From: a bacterium | GTDB lineage: Bacteria; SZUA-182; DTGQ01; JAFGSM01 | Direction of reading: 5' to 3' | Assembly (NCBI GenBank): GCA_049472315.1 | Contig: JBLIRN010000008.1 | Coordinates: forward strand, 1 to 47,388 | DNA: 47,388 bases | Part shown: positions 28,398 through 38,133 of the stretch, in pieces | Layout of the letters: every line of letters begins with the position of its first letter | How positions within the stretch are numbered: the first letter of the stretch is position 1 | Program-made: the position numbers and the translations under genes | Notes under the pieces: model-generated | What the model saw: the letters and a program-made list of their open reading frames with translations, nothing else | The model's database searches: none | What the model was told of the DNA's origin: nothing

Positions 28398-29801
28398 TTA
28401 CTGCACATTGTTACCCGGGTTAACCTCTATCTTCTTCCCGACCGATGCCTGGAGGATTGCAAGGGCGTCCGCAGGGGCAATCTGATTGTCGCCGTCTCGA
28501 TCAGCGGCAAGGAGCGCCGGTCCATCGAGATTGATCATTCCCAAGTATGCCTTCAGGGCGTCCAAGGCATCCCACGGAAAGAGCTGACCGCTCCTGTCAA
28601 CATCCCCTTCGCCGCAGCTTGCATGGAGGGCGTCAAGCGCCTCTGCATTGTACTCGGAGACGTTCTCCAAGTCATCTTGCTCGGGGCGTTTGGTGAAGCC
28701 TCCGTCGACATCCTGCATCTCCATGAGGGCATTGGCTGCCCAATATGTTCCGAAGTGGTTCGTGAAGTTTGTGGAGGTGGTTTGGTTGTTATACGCCAAT
28801 GCCTTTACCGCAAATGCCTGATCCTGAATCATGACACTTGGGAACAGGGTCACGGTTCCGGCACCGGTATTGAGCTCGCACCCCCAGCGAAAATAGCCGT
28901 TGTTGTACTGCAGATCCTTCAACAGGGCCAATCCCTTCGAGATCTGGGTTGCCTTGTCGGTTGCGTAGAACCTCTTGAGGACCTCCACTACCCGGGCCTG
29001 ATCAAGGGTCCTGACGTAGTTCTCGACCGTATTATAGACAAAGCCGCCTACCTCATTCACACCTGTACCTACGGTAACATAGCGGTTCATGATCTTGTCG
29101 ACCACTGCATCGGCGTAGTCGGTCTCGCCATAAAGCTGGAATACCTCCACCCAGTTGGCAAGCTGCCAGAGCTTTCCCTGGCCGTTGTCGATGCCGTCCA
29201 GCCAGGTGGCCACATCGGCGGCGGTGCCGCCGTGGGCAGTGATGATGTCGGACTGGAGTTCGCTCTCTGCAGTCGTCTTGTAGCTGCTATCCCCCGATAC
29301 CTCCGCATAGTAGTGCAGGAAGACATAGTCGGTCGCCTGCCAGGGAAAAGTACCGTCAATGATTGCTTGAGCGGTATATCCGGCTGCAGTAAGATAGTCA
29401 GGCTTATCTGCAGTCACGACAGTAACCGTCATGGTCTTGGTGAGGTTGTACGCTCGGAGCAACCCGAGCCCCACCACACCGTAGATATTGGAGGCGGTTG
29501 AGCTCCCGGGCAGGTAAAAGGCCCAGCCCTTTGTCGAAACATTCTGGGCGTCGTACAGCGGGTCCGCTGCAGCCTCGATCTTCGTCCGCATCTGGCTTGA
29601 ATTAAACTCAGCGGTTTCCCACCCCGACAGCGTCCTCATGCGGGTACGCGCGACATACTCCGGCTCAGCCTGCGTTTCAGGCCGCTCCGGCCGTACCATG
29701 CGGGCAAGTGGCTCTGCATGGGCGTATGTCGCGCACATACAGAAGCACATTCCGGCCGCAAGGAGGCCTGCAATTATCAGTATAAGATACGTCTTCATCA
29801 T
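28398..29801 (-). CDS. Secreted alpha/alpha-toroid (prenyltransferase/squalene-oxidase-repeat-like) protein with C-terminal dockerin
   Basis: Start MMKTYL; signal peptide AHA|EP; QW-like repeats LYDAQNVSTKGW, LKDLQYNNGYF, LMEMQDVDGGF; duplicated Ca-loop GDVDRSGQLFPWDAL / ADRDGDNQIAPADAL. Confidence 0.8.
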   Translation of the reverse strand: MMKTYLILIIAGLLAAGMCFCMCATYAHAEPLARMVRPERPETQAEPEYVARTRMRTLSGWETAEFNSSQMRTKIEAAADPLYDAQNVSTKGWAFYLPGSSTASNIYGVVGLGLLRAYNLTKTMTVTVVTADKPDYLTAAGYTAQAIIDGTFPWQATDYVFLHYYAEVSGDSSYKTTAESELQSDIITAHGGTAADVATWLDGIDNGQGKLWQLANWVEVFQLYGETDYADAVVDKIMNRYVTVGTGVNEVGGFVYNTVENYVRTLDQARVVEVLKRFYATDKATQISKGLALLKDLQYNNGYFRWGCELNTGAGTVTLFPSVMIQDQAFAVKALAYNNQTTSTNFTNHFGTYWAANALMEMQDVDGGFTKRPEQDDLENVSEYNAEALDALHASCGEGDVDRSGQLFPWDALDALKAYLGMINLDGPALLAADRDGDNQIAPADALAILQASVGKKIEVNPGNNVQ

Positions 29802-29877
29802 TTGTCTCACCTTATAACCCCTCCCTCCTAACCTGACATTGGAATGCGAGGTTCTATGCATGATTTCAACCTTAATT

Positions 29878-29893
29878 AGCAAATCGTTACCCA
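29878..29893 (-). promoter_or_regulatory. Possible sigma54 promoter
   Basis: Minus strand TGGGTA-ACGAT-TTGCT; GG and GC spacing is correct but the -24 box is imperfect. Confidence 0.4.
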
Positions 29894-30061
29894 CAAATTA
29901 TCATAATCACTGCTTACTAATCACTACGTAGTACCTGTGAAGAAAACGCGTGATGGCTGCACGTAAATAACCCCTGGAGACTATCCCCATGCACCATCTC
30001 TATCCCGATTGAGTTGTTTAACGCCTAACGATTGTTACCTTTTCGTACCTGAGTGTAAAAA

Positions 30062-30595
30062 CTAAAAATGAGGGCTGGTATACACCGGCTCTTCCGGGTC
30101 ATTATCCATAATGGGATCTGCCGACAATTTTGCCCGGCTGCCGATCTTCGCCCTGATGGGTGAATCCTTGCCCCCGGCTACCTCGCTGATCGGCGTGCCC
30201 TCGCTGTTGAGACCCAAGGACTGTCCATGAGCGATTCTATAGAAATCTTCCCCCCATACTGCCTCGATCTCTCCAGACATACAGACCATATCGACCCTGC
30301 CGGCATTCCCAGTTGAAGCGAGCTTAAGCTTGTCCTTCGCCTCCATGACTACCTGGACCTCTCCGACCTTGAGAATGGCAACCCCGTCAATGCACTCAAC
30401 GACGGTATTGGTCGGAATGGTCTTCACCTCCTGAGGAATGGCATACGTGGTCGCAATGTCATTCTGGGTGGTCACTGCAATCTTGCCTGTGTAAATCAGC
30501 ACCTCGACTCCGGTGTCAGCCGACACTGTGGAGAAGGAAACCACCATACACAGGCACAGCACGCAGGCCAGAGATATAGAAAAATTTCTCGTCAT
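30062..30595 (-). CDS. Secreted FecR-like beta-rich protein
   Basis: AGGAGG RBS before MTRN; signal peptide VSA|DT; pattern YTGKI...VVECIDG...CMSGEIEA...GQSL resembles the FecR domain. Confidence 0.55.
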   Translation of the reverse strand: MTRNFSISLACVLCLCMVVSFSTVSADTGVEVLIYTGKIAVTTQNDIATTYAIPQEVKTIPTNTVVECIDGVAILKVGEVQVVMEAKDKLKLASTGNAGRVDMVCMSGEIEAVWGEDFYRIAHGQSLGLNSEGTPISEVAGGKDSPIRAKIGSRAKLSADPIMDNDPEEPVYTSPHF

Positions 30596-30732
30596 GAGCT
30601 CACACCTCCTTTGGGCGGCATTTGTTAAAGACATTCCCCTCATTTAAAATTATATGTATGCGACATTCAGACTACCCTGAGCGAGCTTTTCCCCATCAAC
30701 CTCCTTTTCTATTGGTTGCAATTGCCGTTACA

Positions 30733-31914
30733 TCATTCCCAACGACCGGGAATCGGCTTCTTGCAATCAGGACATTCCCCTCCTTGTATTACATTTTTCT
30801 TGACTACGTATCCCCTCCTTTCCACAAGAAGCTTGTGGCAATGCGGACAATAGGTGTTTTCCGCCTCATGTCCCGGAGGCACATTTCCGATATAGACAAA
30901 GTGCAGGCCTTCTTCCAGTGCCACCTCCCGCGCCCTCTCCAGTGTTTCCACCGGGGTTGGGGGAAGGTTGCGCAGCTTATACCTGGGATAAAACCGGGAA
31001 AAGTGCACGGGGACATCAGGCCCTAATTCTCCCTTAATCCATTTGACCATGTTCCTGACAGTCTCCATCTTGTCGTTCTTGGTTGGCACCATCAAATTGG
31101 TAAGCTCAAGATGGACCCCTTTTTTCACTATCGCTTTAAGTGATTCGAGGACCGGTTCCAACGCCCCCCCGCACATCCCTGAATAATATTCGCTGGTAAA
31201 ACCTTTCAAATCGATATTGGCTGCATCAATGTACCGGTATAGCTCCGATAAAGGCTCGGGGTTGATAAAGCCGTTCGAGTGACATGTATTTATAATTCCC
31301 TTTTCATGAGCCTTTTTGGCAATTTCGAGCATATATTCAAAAAAAACGGTTGGTTCGGAATAGGTATAGGCAATCAACGGACATCCCTTATCCATGGCCC
31401 TTTTGACAATCTCGTCCGCTGATACCTCCTCGTACGCCACCTCCTCCGGATCGGCCTGAGATATTTGCCAATTCTGACAAAACAAACAGTTGAGATTACA
31501 ACCCACTGCTGCTATCGAAAATACACGAACGCCTGGGAACACATGGAAAAGTGGCTTCTTCTCAACCGGGTCCACATGTTGTGCACAGGGTCGACCGTAA
31601 TTGAGGGAATAATACGTCCCTCCAATGTTCTCCCGTACCCCGCATTCGCCTCGTTCCCCTTCAGTTACTTCACATCCGTGGGGACATAAGAGACATTGTA
31701 CCTTTTTCCCCTCCAGCTTCCGGTAGTAACGAGCTTCAGCGAGAGAGACCTTTTTACGTTTCCCTTCCTGTTGCGTGAGCAACCTTGCACACACGTAGGA
31801 CGGGGAAAAGGCCTGTGCGAAACAAAGGCTGAGAATACTATGTTGAGCTAAGGCCTCTAAAAATTCCTTCCGGGTACACCCTCTTTTTTTACACCCATCG
31901 AGGCCACAGTCCAT
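30733..31914 (-). CDS. amrS: AmmeMemoRadiSam system radical SAM enzyme
   Basis: VQCLLCPHGC...GECGVREN, DPVEKKPLFH, GCNLNCLFCQNWQISQ, AYTYSEPT, VHFSRFYP, YIGNVP...NTYCPHC. Confidence 0.9.
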   Translation of the reverse strand: MDCGLDGCKKRGCTRKEFLEALAQHSILSLCFAQAFSPSYVCARLLTQQEGKRKKVSLAEARYYRKLEGKKVQCLLCPHGCEVTEGERGECGVRENIGGTYYSLNYGRPCAQHVDPVEKKPLFHVFPGVRVFSIAAVGCNLNCLFCQNWQISQADPEEVAYEEVSADEIVKRAMDKGCPLIAYTYSEPTVFFEYMLEIAKKAHEKGIINTCHSNGFINPEPLSELYRYIDAANIDLKGFTSEYYSGMCGGALEPVLESLKAIVKKGVHLELTNLMVPTKNDKMETVRNMVKWIKGELGPDVPVHFSRFYPRYKLRNLPPTPVETLERAREVALEEGLHFVYIGNVPPGHEAENTYCPHCHKLLVERRGYVVKKNVIQGGECPDCKKPIPGRWE

Positions 31915-32019
31915 GAAAAACAGAGATGAAAGAAATTAAAGATATGTACACATGATGTATTGAATGATTACTTATTTAATAATATACCACATGGACACAA
32001 AAAAGCAAGCCTGCAAAAC

Positions 32020-32295
32020 TTATTTGCCCTTTCTGGCCATTTCCTCTTCAAACATTTTTTGGTAGAGAACCTCCCACTCCGAGCTTCCTTCAAGGATTTT
32101 ACGTGAGTAAGACTCCAATTTTCCGCGCACGATTTCATCTATCTCGTCTTCAATCTTCAATTCACGTGTTATGATCCTCACGATGTCCAACCGCACCGAA
32201 TTCGAATCCTTGAGTAATTCAACGGAGGGATCCTCCTCCAGTGCCTTGATAAGGATATGTGAGAGATGGTTGATTCTCGCTCTGCTCAATCTCAT
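32020..32295 (-). CDS. DUF507 family protein
   Basis: MRLSRARINHLS...EDEIDEIVRGKLESYSRKILEGSSEWEVLYQK. Confidence 0.8.
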   Translation of the reverse strand: MRLSRARINHLSHILIKALEEDPSVELLKDSNSVRLDIVRIITRELKIEDEIDEIVRGKLESYSRKILEGSSEWEVLYQKMFEEEMARKGK

Positions 32296-32447
32296 GGTGC
32301 CCTCATTATATACGATTTAGTGGAACAATGCCAGCGATTCCCCACCATTGTCACAATAATGCCCAGAGGTGCAACGCTGTCCTTTACTCCGGTGGCATGG
32401 ACCGGCATATCGTTACCAAACGAATAAACATCCTTCCCATCGCGATG

Positions 32448-32726
32448 CTATAGCACGATGTTTCGTTCCTTTGCCAGTTTTTCTTTCACCAGTCGGAACA
32501 TTTTATGGTATTCAATACTTCCTTGTCGAATCTCCGAGGAATGCGCCTCCAGGATCTGCCGCACCTCGTCATTCAATTTATCCTCGACCAGGAGATCTTC
32601 CATTATAACATGGCGAATGGAGGCCTTGAGATCCTCATTGTTGTCGCACCTGAGGGCCTCATCCTTTATCAATTCTCCGACGATGTTTTCCGCTATTGAT
32701 TCAATTTGTCGCTTGCGTAATCTCAT
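32448..32726 (-). CDS. DUF507 family protein
   Basis: MRLRKRQI...EDKLNDEVRQIL...YHKMFRLVKEKLAKERNIVL. Confidence 0.8.
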   Translation of the reverse strand: MRLRKRQIESIAENIVGELIKDEALRCDNNEDLKASIRHVIMEDLLVEDKLNDEVRQILEAHSSEIRQGSIEYHKMFRLVKEKLAKERNIVL

Positions 32727-35725
32727 AATTGTGCACCTCCCTTTTTCTGATTGATCAATCTCTTGATTTCCATTACCCTTTTTGCAGCAAATCGTTCGTA
32801 CGATTCACCTTTCCCTTCACGCTCCACCTTTTCGAAAAGCTCCAGGGCCTTGTCCAGATCACCCATCTGCTGGTAGATTTCCGCCGATTTGAATCGCCCG
32901 GTGATGGCCCAGATGCGTGCCTCAGGATAGAGATGGGCAACCCGGAGATATGCCTCCGCAGCCTCATCGAGATCGCCTTTTTCATGGTAGCATTGGCCGA
33001 TCCAGTATTGTGCCTCCGCCTTCAGCGAGACATCCGCCTCAGCGTCGAGCACCCTGTGAAAAACGCGTATGGCCAACGCATGCTCAGATGCATCCTCCAG
33101 GAAAAGACCCAATTCGATTATTTCACCGATAGGGATGTCATCCAGGATATTCCCGTGAAGAAGTGCCTTCAAACGTTCGAATGTCTTCGGACTCCGGGCG
33201 CGAACATAATCATTGAGCGTTGAAAAAAAGGCGGCACGGGCACTGATTTCAGGGGATGACGACAGTATTGCAGCCTTTTTGAAATGTGGCCCGGCAATCT
33301 CATACGCCTTTTCCCTGAATAGAATCTCGCCCAAGGCCTCATGCACCCTCATCCTTTGCGCATCCTGTGTGCAGCGATCCATCGCAAGCAGGTACATACG
33401 TAAGGCCGTCTTATGGAGACCCTGCCCATCGAGGGTCATCCCCAGATTTACAAGGGCGTCCACCTCTTCGGGCAAACCCGCGCATTCGAGGGAAAGATCC
33501 TTATACACACGTGCGGCCTCCTGCAATTCACCCTTCTCCACCATTACGCGTGCCTGTGCGAAGCCCTGGGAATCATTGTGGCCTACCTGCGGCCTGTTGT
33601 CGAGGAAAACCGCATACTGTTCCAGGTAGTCCTTATATTCATTTTGATTAAGAAGACACTGCAGTGCAAGGGCCCGTGCGGACTCATGGTACAGGGTGGG
33701 GGTCGCCTCGCACAAGATGAGATCGATCCAATGCATGGCACCCTGGTAATCTGCCAAAAGATAGGCGTTTTGTGCAAGCCGCCATAAGAGATAGAGCCGG
33801 GACACGGAATGGCACGGTGCCGGATACGATTCCAGGAACCTTCTAAACGCGCTGCTGGCGTTTTTGTATCTCTTTTCTGCCTGCCAAATCCAACCCATAA
33901 ATAAAAGCGCCTCCCTGGATTCCTCGTTGCCCGGTTTCTCGATGAACTCCTGGAATTCCGCTCGGGCCGGATCGAGGTCGCCGGCCCTGAAATGGGCTAG
34001 TGCCCTAAAAAATTTCGCCTTTTGAACGATCTTCCCATCCGATGCCCTTTGTATACAATCCGCCAAAAATCTCAAGGCCCCGGCATAATCCCCTCGATGA
34101 AAACGGATCTGCCCAAGTGCCAACAGGGCCTGGGCATCTAATTCATCCCCGCAATCCTTATCGAGCAGGTGGTTAAATACCTTCTCCGCTTGTGCCATAT
34201 GGCCGAGGGAGATATGACTCCAGCCCAGGCGATACAGCGCCCCTCCCAGAAAGGTGGAACCGGGATACCGCTGCATGAAGTCCGTTATTACATCAATCGC
34301 CGTATTGAAATCCCCCTGGTCGAAGCACAATTTGGCGATCCTCCACCACGTTTCCTCTGCGTACGCACTATCTGGATACAGGAGGATCATCCTCTGCAGG
34401 AGGTCATGAGCCTCCTCGTATCGCTTGATATGGCAGAGCGATTCTGCTGCATGAACAAGGATCCTGTCTCCGCATATTCCTTCCATATTACCCCGAGTAA
34501 CGAACAAGAGGGCCTCATAGGCAGGACCGAACCACCCATGTTCAAGGCATAGTTCCCCCTCCTGCGCAGAGGCGAGTATCTTCAATTCCTCATCCGCGGC
34601 CCCCTCTCGGATCCCTTGAAAGACGAGGCGCGCCCTCGAAAAATTCCACGACCTCCAGAGCGATTCGGCCAACCTCAAATGAGCGAGCCAATAGTCATGT
34701 CCACGAGGTCCATCCCCCTTCACAATTCCCTCAAAGTATTCCTGGGCCGTACCGAATTCCCATCTAAGCATGGCCTCCTCGGCATTGATCCACGACCCGG
34801 CACGCAGGGAAATAGAGGGTAACGGGCCTTCAGATTGAGAGGGCAGACAATCCACCGCCTGTTTGTAACGACCGGTATGATAAAGCACCCACGCCTTGAT
34901 GTACATGACCCGGTCGCGTCCGGAGCCTTCGGGATCGAGGGCCAGAAAACGATCCGCATCCTTTATGACCCGATCCCATTGTCCGAGGGCATACCGCGCA
35001 AGCAGCATCTGTTGATCGATCTCCGCACGGACGGAATCACCGGTATCCTCTTTTCGCACCTCTTCATAGGCATCGATCGCGTGCTGCCACCGTTTGAGAA
35101 AAAAGAGACAATCCGCACACCTCTTTTCCAATTCTACACGCCTTTGTTTATCCCCAGCCTTCCTCACAAGCTCCTCGATAATGCCCTTCGCCTCCTCATA
35201 CCTTCCCGCTTCCATATATCGCTCGACAAGCTCGTTTTTGAGCTCAAGCAGATGGTCCTCGACCCTGAGGGCTGGTGCGGTATCATGATATATGGCGAGC
35301 CATTCCTCAAAGACCTGTATCGCGCCGGATAGATTACCTGCCTTTTCAAGGGCATCGGGCAGATGGGGGAACAACCGATCCATGCAATCCCGTTCAGGGG
35401 TCCGGGTGCGAAAGGCCGTATATCGTTCAACCGCCTCGTCCCATCTGTTCAGTGCATAAAGGCATTCGGCACTGTAGAAAAGGGCGCCGATGGCCTCAAT
35501 GCTGTTCGGGTCGCGCCGAATCACCGATTCGAATCTCTTCAACGCCTCTGTATAGAGACCCTCATGAAAAAAATTGACCGCCAAAACAAGATCCTCTGGA
35601 ATGCCGCTATCCCGAGCACATGACTGATGAAGCGGCAGGAACACGACCGCCGTGACCATGAGGAATCCCACGATGAATGCCCCTTGCATAGAGAATATAT
35701 CCCTGAGGTGTTGCGCCTGTTTCAT
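32723..35725 (-). CDS. Large exported tetratricopeptide-repeat protein (YbgF/BamD-like repeats)
   Basis: Many TPR units (RYPGSTFLGGALYRLGW, AEAQYWIGQCY, YLRVAHLYP); N-terminal hydrophobic segment; ATGA overlap with the upstream gene. Confidence 0.85.
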   Translation of the reverse strand: MKQAQHLRDIFSMQGAFIVGFLMVTAVVFLPLHQSCARDSGIPEDLVLAVNFFHEGLYTEALKRFESVIRRDPNSIEAIGALFYSAECLYALNRWDEAVERYTAFRTRTPERDCMDRLFPHLPDALEKAGNLSGAIQVFEEWLAIYHDTAPALRVEDHLLELKNELVERYMEAGRYEEAKGIIEELVRKAGDKQRRVELEKRCADCLFFLKRWQHAIDAYEEVRKEDTGDSVRAEIDQQMLLARYALGQWDRVIKDADRFLALDPEGSGRDRVMYIKAWVLYHTGRYKQAVDCLPSQSEGPLPSISLRAGSWINAEEAMLRWEFGTAQEYFEGIVKGDGPRGHDYWLAHLRLAESLWRSWNFSRARLVFQGIREGAADEELKILASAQEGELCLEHGWFGPAYEALLFVTRGNMEGICGDRILVHAAESLCHIKRYEEAHDLLQRMILLYPDSAYAEETWWRIAKLCFDQGDFNTAIDVITDFMQRYPGSTFLGGALYRLGWSHISLGHMAQAEKVFNHLLDKDCGDELDAQALLALGQIRFHRGDYAGALRFLADCIQRASDGKIVQKAKFFRALAHFRAGDLDPARAEFQEFIEKPGNEESREALLFMGWIWQAEKRYKNASSAFRRFLESYPAPCHSVSRLYLLWRLAQNAYLLADYQGAMHWIDLILCEATPTLYHESARALALQCLLNQNEYKDYLEQYAVFLDNRPQVGHNDSQGFAQARVMVEKGELQEAARVYKDLSLECAGLPEEVDALVNLGMTLDGQGLHKTALRMYLLAMDRCTQDAQRMRVHEALGEILFREKAYEIAGPHFKKAAILSSSPEISARAAFFSTLNDYVRARSPKTFERLKALLHGNILDDIPIGEIIELGLFLEDASEHALAIRVFHRVLDAEADVSLKAEAQYWIGQCYHEKGDLDEAAEAYLRVAHLYPEARIWAITGRFKSAEIYQQMGDLDKALELFEKVEREGKGESYERFAAKRVMEIKRLINQKKGGAQL

Positions 35726-36708
35726 GATGCCCTGTATCTCTTGACCTGTTCCCGCGGGATCGGCGAAACCGTGAAATGCTCGCACACCACGCCCCCCCTG
35801 CTCACCGCCATCGCCACCTCCCCCACCGTCGGGTGGTCGCTGTAGCTCGCCGTGATGGAGGCGGCAAGTCTTAGTGCCTCACACGACCGATTGCCGAGAA
35901 GAATTGCCGTGGGGCCGGGAATTCCCATGGGGTAAATAAGCAATTCATCGATGCGAGCCATATCCGCTATCCTTTCGTTTTCCCCCTTGTTTCTTCCCAC
36001 TACCAGCCTGCCCCCCCCGGGAAGCGTGAAATGGCGTCCGATCTTCACCCACTTCAGGATTTCCGGATCGGGGAATCCCTCTTCCAGGAATGGCTTGACC
36101 TTGTCGGCAAAGGCCGCATCGGTCAACAAACACCCTCCTCCAGGGGTGGGGTAATCCTGCCAGTCGATTGATTCTGCAAGGTGCATCTGCGTCTTTCTCG
36201 ATCTTCCCTGCAGATCCAGGAGTCTCTCGCGGTCCACCAGGCCTTCCTTCTCCGGCTCGGTGGGTTGAAGAAGCCTGGCAGAAAGCGGCCGCAGAAGTCT
36301 GCCCTCAAGCCCCGATTTCACCTCTATAAGCCTGAGGGTGTCCCGCCGTTGCGACATAGGCCGCTGTCCCAATACCTCGCCGGTAAGAACGAAATCTGCA
36401 CCCGTTTCCTCCATGAAGGCCTTGGCATGCCTTAACATGAGAATCCTGCAGTCGATACAGGGATTGAGGTGCCTTCCGAACCCGTAACGGGGATGCCGGA
36501 GGACATCCAAGAACGTCTCGGTAATATCGATACAATGAAACCCGACAAGGGGATTCCCCTTTAGAATACGAGGGGGATTCCTCGGTATGGAACCGAAAAA
36601 CGGTGTTATGCATGTCAGGGCTTCAATGCGAATGCCCTGATCCAGTAAGAGCTTGATGGCAAGGACGCTATCCAGGCCCCCTGAGTATAATGCCACAGCC
36701 TTCGGCAT
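35722..36708 (-). CDS. PP-loop tRNA thiouridylase-like protein (ThiI/MnmA-related, DUF814-type)
   Basis: SGGLDS PP-loop, NPCIDC, TGEVLGQRPMSQ, LLRPLSA, GRSRK.Q, PGGGCLLTD, GRHF, VGRN. Confidence 0.8.
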   Translation of the reverse strand: MPKAVALYSGGLDSVLAIKLLLDQGIRIEALTCITPFFGSIPRNPPRILKGNPLVGFHCIDITETFLDVLRHPRYGFGRHLNPCIDCRILMLRHAKAFMEETGADFVLTGEVLGQRPMSQRRDTLRLIEVKSGLEGRLLRPLSARLLQPTEPEKEGLVDRERLLDLQGRSRKTQMHLAESIDWQDYPTPGGGCLLTDAAFADKVKPFLEEGFPDPEILKWVKIGRHFTLPGGGRLVVGRNKGENERIADMARIDELLIYPMGIPGPTAILLGNRSCEALRLAASITASYSDHPTVGEVAMAVSRGGVVCEHFTVSPIPREQVKRYRAS

Positions 36709-36714
36709 GTGATT

Positions 36715-36900
36715 CTATCTCTTGATAAGATAGAGGAGGAAGAGCCCCAAGAGCATCAACGCAAAACCACCCGCTCTCAGATACGATTCGTCCACCTCTG
36801 TCAGGATGCGAACCAAGTCCTTTAGTTTTCGCGGAAACATGAAATACGGAATCCCTTCGATAATGAGGACCATTGCCAAGGCTGTCAAAAGATCGCGCAT
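36715..36900 (-). CDS. DUF2065 (YjeT-like) small membrane protein
   Basis: MRDLLTALAMVLIIEGIPYFMFP...LRAGGFALMLLG; GAGGGAG RBS. Confidence 0.85.
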   Translation of the reverse strand: MRDLLTALAMVLIIEGIPYFMFPRKLKDLVRILTEVDESYLRAGGFALMLLGLFLLYLIKR

Positions 36901-37067
36901 CAACTCTCCCTCAGCGATATATGCATGCGACAAAGCACACCCTTCTGCTGGTATATCACAATCATAAAAGCATCCAAAAGAAATTACGATAAAAATATTT
37001 ATTAAATAATTAGAATTTATGATACCATCCTCCCTGTTGATACTGCAACTCCGGCTGGGTATTCTCA

Positions 37068-37110
37068 GCAACAAAACTTTGTCAGGCGCAGCGGAGCGGA
37101 GCTGCTATGC
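37068..37110. repeat. Third copy of the 6996-7036 dispersed repeat
   Basis: GCAACAAAACTTTGTCAGGCGCAGCGGAGCGGAGCTGCTATGC. Confidence 0.7.
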
Positions 37111-37189
37111 CGGTCGTTCCAAAGGCAGCCAAAAGCCCGGCTGTATCGATTATTGAAACAGGCCTTCCCCAACGACGAAATATCACAAT

Positions 37190-37275
37190 AGACTACCCCG
37201 CAGCAAGCAGCGGGGGATTAAGAGAGTTTTTCTGATCGCCCCAAGGGGCGGGGAATCAAACCCGCAGAGATTAAA
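37190..37275. mobile_element. Miniature palindromic element resembling IS200/IS605-family ends (non-autonomous)
   Basis: GACTA-CCCCGCAGC-AA-GCAGCGGGG hairpin (37196-37215) and CGCCCC-AA-GGGGCG hairpin (37237-37250), ending GGGAATCAAACCCGCAGAGATT; no transposase. Confidence 0.5.
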
Positions 37276-37305
37276 ACAGCAGCACGCGCACGGTCAAAAG
37301 ATAGG

Positions 37306-37734
37306 TTACCGGCTGAAGCGTGAGTCCGGGCGTGGGTGAGCAAGCCATGACTCCTGTTCCCCGATCATGTGATCCTTGGCAAGGTGAAACTCCAGGGGAC
37401 GGATGAAGATCCTGAATCCCCTTTTACCGGCCTTGATCGTTTTGAAAACCTGTCCGATGCCGATGAGAAACCTTTCCCGGGGAGAAAAAACCGCATCGCC
37501 GAACCGATGCCGCGAGAGACTCGTCAGGTCGAATACTACCTGAACAAGTGCACCTGCCTGAATCGGCTCCTGTGTCTTGATTATAATCGGTTTTTCGATG
37601 GTGAAGATGTTGCGCCGTTGGCGTGAGAAGCTCACCCTGATGGGCTCGTTGATGCGATGGCATTCACCCTTGATGTCCTCAGGAACCCGGATACATCCCT
37701 CGCATACCAGTGAGCGATCTGTCTTTGCACCCAT
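37306..37734 (-). CDS. Hypothetical protein (possibly degenerate PilZ-like beta-barrel)
   Basis: AGGAGG RBS before MGAKTD; beta-strand pattern GALVQVVFDL...GIGQVFKT. Confidence 0.55.
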   Translation of the reverse strand: MGAKTDRSLVCEGCIRVPEDIKGECHRINEPIRVSFSRQRRNIFTIEKPIIIKTQEPIQAGALVQVVFDLTSLSRHRFGDAVFSPRERFLIGIGQVFKTIKAGKRGFRIFIRPLEFHLAKDHMIGEQESWLAHPRPDSRFSR

Positions 37735-38133
37735 GGAAGTCCTCCTGTGTCCGGTAAATGGTGCTACCGCATAACAGAGTAATCCCTCGTGTGCAAACCG
37801 TGTCCTCACGCCCATGGATTATCTCATTGCATGTTCTCCAAGCCATCCTGTTCCAGAACATTCGATGGAAGAGATGCCTTTTCCTGCATTATATACAACC
37901 CCCAGCGCAAAAAACTTGCATATTAAATACCAGAAGGAGAAAACCTAAAACTTGGTTATTTTCTTATAGTTATCAACACGATTTCCCGGTTTCAGCGGCG
38001 GCGGGAACCCATGAAAGGAAGGGCGGATTGTTCAGAATCTGATCCGGTTGATTGATTTTTGAGCTTTTTTGGATGGGATGAGCGGGGTATTGACACGCTG
38101 CGGCATGGCGCATTCCCGCACTGCAGGACGCCG

